A stretch of 64,000 nucleotides of DNA from Selaginella moellendorffii (taxonomy: Eukaryota; Plantae; Lycopodiophyta), in NCBI RefSeq assembly GCF_000143415.4, contig NW_003314286.1, positions 1,239,718-1,303,717 on the forward strand. The letters run 5' to 3'. The position numbers and the translations under genes are program-made. Under the pieces are notes generated by a model. The model saw nothing but the letters and a program-made list of their open reading frames with translations, was not told the DNA's origin and ran no database searches. The number at the start of each line of letters is the position of its first letter. Positions within the stretch are counted from its first letter, which is position 1. Below are positions 60,436 through 64,000 of this stretch, in pieces.

Positions 60436-61807
60436 ATGAGGACACCGGCAGCGCCGCGGCCAGTCTATGGCGGCTTTAGAATGTAAGTCCCGCAAGAGAA
60501 AAAAGGAAGAGATTTATCTTGGTACCTTTGATGGCGTGACAGGCCCACGGCAGAGAATCTCATTCCCATGAGGCTCGACATCGAGCTCGACTCCCACCGC
60601 TTCAAAGATTCCTTCTCCTGGAACGCTCACGGTGAGTAAAGTCTTTGTGCCTGGAATGGAAGCTCACGTTTTCTTCTCACTACCTACTTTACTTGCTTGT
60701 CTAGAGAGGGACTCGGAGATCATGCCTTTCGCTCGGCGCCTAGTGGCCGAAATGAACCTCCCGCCTGTTTTCACTCAGCACATTGTCCAATCCATGCAAG
60801 TATGTTCGAGAAAGCTGGAAACTGGCAACTCTTACGCTGTGTTTTTCGGCCCTTGTGTTGATGTTTCCAGGCGCAGCTGAACGAATTCCGCTCCCTGGAA
60901 GCACAGCAGCTTAGCACTGAAGAGAAAGTCCTAATGCTGAAGGTAAGTCACCTCTTTTGTCAGTGATAGAGAACCTCCTCTCGTTTACTTCTCCTTTTTC
61001 TCGCGCAGCTGGACCTGAGAATCAACAACATCGTTATACGTGATCAGTTCTTATGGGTAAAACTTACGAGAGAATTTTTTGTTGGTCTCAAAACTGACGC
61101 CCCTGTTCAGGATGTTGGTGACTTCGAGAGCGATCCAGAGGGTTTTGCGAGAGGCTTGTGCAAGGACCTTGAAATCGAGGATCCTGAAGTCGCGGTATGT
61201 TTTAACTTCAGCCATAATCGTTTTGACTTTTTGGCAATTTAGCCGGGGATCGCGTTTGCAATTCGAGAGCAACTGTACGAAGTAAGCACCCCTTTCACCT
61301 CTTGATCATAAAATCTTTATTTCCTCCTGCAGATAGCCAAACAGAATGTAACATCAGCCCGAGAAACGAGGATAACAAAGAAAGCTCGTCGAGAGAGGGG
61401 GATAGAATTCAACCATGCAACGTAGCCATCTTCTATACCAATAAGTTGAGGGTGATACTGATTGACAATCTTTTTCTTTCTCTCTGGCAGCACCTCCGGA
61501 ACAACTGCACTCAACTTAATGCGACGGCCCAATAATAAGATCAGCATAATCAGGTGAGTTCAAGAACCTTCGATTTGTTTGAAACGCGAGCGAGCTTCTC
61601 CTTGCAGGAAGAAAACGGAGTGGGAACTGTTCGAGCCTTTCGTTGAAGTTCTCACGGAGGAGGAGTCGAATACACTGGATGCAAAAGAAAATGCACGGTA
61701 AGCAAAATTCCATACCGTACCGTGACTTGGCCCTTGATAAATGCAGCCTGAAGAAGCTTATGGAAGAGAAAGAAGACAGTTTTGCGTCTCGCTACGTCCG
61801 TTCGTAG
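60436..61807 (+). CDS. BSH: SWI/SNF subunit SNF5 (BUSHY), about 11 exons
   Basis: Spliced: FRM|PTAENLIPMRLDIE..RFKDSFSWN|..|LDLRINNIVIRDQFLW|DVGDFESDPEGFA..CKDL|..IAFAIREQLYE|..WELFEPFVEVL. Confidence 0.93.
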
Positions 61808-62319
61808 CATCACCTATAAGTGGAAGTGAAGTCATTGCACTTCAGCTGTATGTAGTAAGGTGTCAATTACCTGGCTGATTTTCGGTCGTGGCTGGTTAAT
61901 ATCTTCGGTTTCGAGGCAATGTGTTTGTGAGAGAGAGACTGATTCGTGTCTGTCTTGTGCTTCGCGCTGTAACAGATGCACCACCACCAAGCTGTCATAT
62001 CTCATGTTGTATCTCTCTCTCGCTCGCAACTTGGTAGCATTGATGGAAAAAGTTTCGGAAGAAAAAAAGAGAGATGCCGATTCTGTACTGACAAGTCGTT
62101 GGTCTCCTCTCTGTTCAAACGTTTGTTTCGTCTGGAATCATACGGGTCCCAAGATCTAAAAACTCCACGGTGTGTGATCTGCAGAAGTTTCCACCAACAA
62201 AATCAGCTCTCGTCTTACTTTTCGTGCTGCTCGCTGACTCGAAAAGTGGTCATGAAATGGAAGATAGAAATCATCGTCACCTCTCCTCCATGTCCGGTCG
62301 ACGTAGCATCTGGAAGCCA

Positions 62320-64000
62320 CTTTAGAAATCATGTTCATAAGAAGATGGGGTTCCAAGCGCTGAGGCTGCCAACCTGAGCCCATTATTATCACAATTCGTA
62401 CTCATTAAATGCAAAGGAGATGCCACGAAAGCGTACCTCAAAGCAGTGTGCGTGCTGGAAGGAAGAAGAAAACCAAAAGAAAGAAGGCCAATAATTTTTG
62501 TCACAGCAACAGTCCACTGTGCCAGCAGCAGCAGCGGCAGCCCAGTGAGTGGGGCAAGAACTGTTTCCAAAACAGAAGGCTTTGGAGTTGGAAGAGAGCC
62601 GCTCCTGCCTGCCATCATCTCCATGCTCGTCCTTGGCCTTTTACGATGCACTTATCACGTGGCTGGCCGTGGCTAGGCCCTCCGCCAAAGCAGCAAGCGA
62701 ACAACCAAAAAGCATCTTGCTTTGGTGGGTGGCCACACTTTCGTGAGCTCTAGAAACTTTAAGAGATGCTTTCTGGGAATCAGAGTCGGTCCTTCGACAC
62801 CTGAGCTCCAATCTAAACTGTTTTACTCCCTCCTAAACACAGCACACACACTTAGGAGTCCACCACAGCCTTTGAAAACCAACAAGAGGAACTTAACTTT
62901 TGTCGTCCACTTGCTCTTCGCTTGACAGAACTCGAATTTGTCTCGCTGAACATCAAAAGCTGAAAAGCGACATGACAAAGCTTACCTGTGCAGCGTCCGG
63001 CCTCGCAGATCTGGTACTAGCTTCTCCAGACCTTACATTGACACCAGTTCGTCCAAATCGCGCTACTGGGGTAGTGGTGTCTAGGTAGTCAATTTGCACT
63101 GATATTCTCTGCTCCAAATCCTCCACTGTTCCACAAAAGGTAAGCACGTCATTTCAAGTCTAACACGCGAAAATGTTGGCCAACGTCCTGTACTTGCCAA
63201 ACTTTTACCTTTTAGAACCTCTTCATGCTGTATTTCAGTGATACATACAACTCCTCCAGCCCGTCTGTCAGATGAACTAGTTAAAAGAAGAAAAGTGTAC
63301 AAATCCCGCCGGCGGAAAACGTCAAAGCACATTGAATCAACACGCCAACAAATCTAACCTTTTGAAAGCACTGTTTGAGCTCCAATATGCGCTTTTGTCT
63401 TCTGGCCTGAGGAAAGGAACACGTCTATTAAAAAAGGAAGCCCGAGAATGTAGAGCTTACGCAGGAACAAGACGTGGCGATGTTGAGGCCGAATTCCATC
63501 AGCATGTCTGAGACCTTGATTGAGAGTCATGGCGTTGTTGCCTTGCGATCAATTAAAACTGCCAGTGCGCCACAGATGAAGTGTCGCGAGGCTGCAGTGA
63601 TACAATAGGAGCTTGTCTCCATTTTAACTTGTCTGGTATATATATCAACCGCGCCTTGAGAGCTCTCTGGACGATCCACATCTTTTCTTGGTTCTATTTG
63701 CTGAAGTTGGATGATTTTAACTTGTAGAACCCTGGCAGCAGCAAATAACGCCGATGTGAAAGCGGTACAGTAACCCAAGAGAAAGCATACAACAGTTTAC
63801 CTGGATTTTGCGCCAAGCTTAAAGTTCACTTTGCTGCATTAAAAAGCGCGCTACTCCTCTTGCCCAACACTTGACTGGCATAGCCGGACCCGGCCTGGCG
63901 TCCACTGGATAACAGCAAAGTTCTTATCAGTTTTTATAGCTAGGCAGTCCGGATTCTAAAGCGAAAAAAAATGCCAGTACCTGGAGAAACGCTCCAAGCC
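62320..64000 (-). other. Probable 3' part of an unidentified multi-exon gene or pseudogene continuing beyond the window
   Basis: Regularly spaced minus-strand donor/acceptor sites (plus-strand CTTAC/TACCT and CTG..AAAA) with short open segments. I could not build a complete frame or recognise a domain. Confidence 0.4.

Overview
This is eukaryotic plant nuclear DNA, most consistent with a Selaginella-type lycophyte. That is an inference from the ~50-nt introns, tiny intergenic spaces and intronless PLS-class PPR genes. The window has two sharply different halves. From 1 to ~22.8 kb is a nest of Ty3/gypsy retrotransposon debris: three solo LTRs of one family with perfect 5-bp TSDs, a second related LTR family, decayed pol regions (one with a chromodomain) and a 777-bp non-autonomous hAT element with an 8-bp TSD. 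From ~23.8 to 64 kb is an ultra-compact gene island: BTB/POZ protein, MED15, SAM-dependent methyltransferase, HOZ/HugZ-like protein, a Raf-like kinase with DFD in place of DFG, four PLS-type PPR genes, an F-box gene, a secreted Cys-rich 3D/MltA-like domain protein, fibrillin-5 (largely missed by the ORF track), UTP10/HEATR1 with a collapsed tandem pseudogene, tRNA-Ser(AGA), SNF5/BUSHY and an unidentified gene at the right edge. The most notable signals are the intronless secreted 3D-domain protein (candidate horizontally acquired cell-wall-active enzyme), PPR genes lacking transit peptides and DYW domains and packed head-to-head with as little as 14 bp between start codons, a systematic CpG-deamination signature at one PPR motif position, and same-strand genes only 25-100 bp apart with telo-boxes in several gaps. 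All family assignments come from motif recognition; no database search was run.
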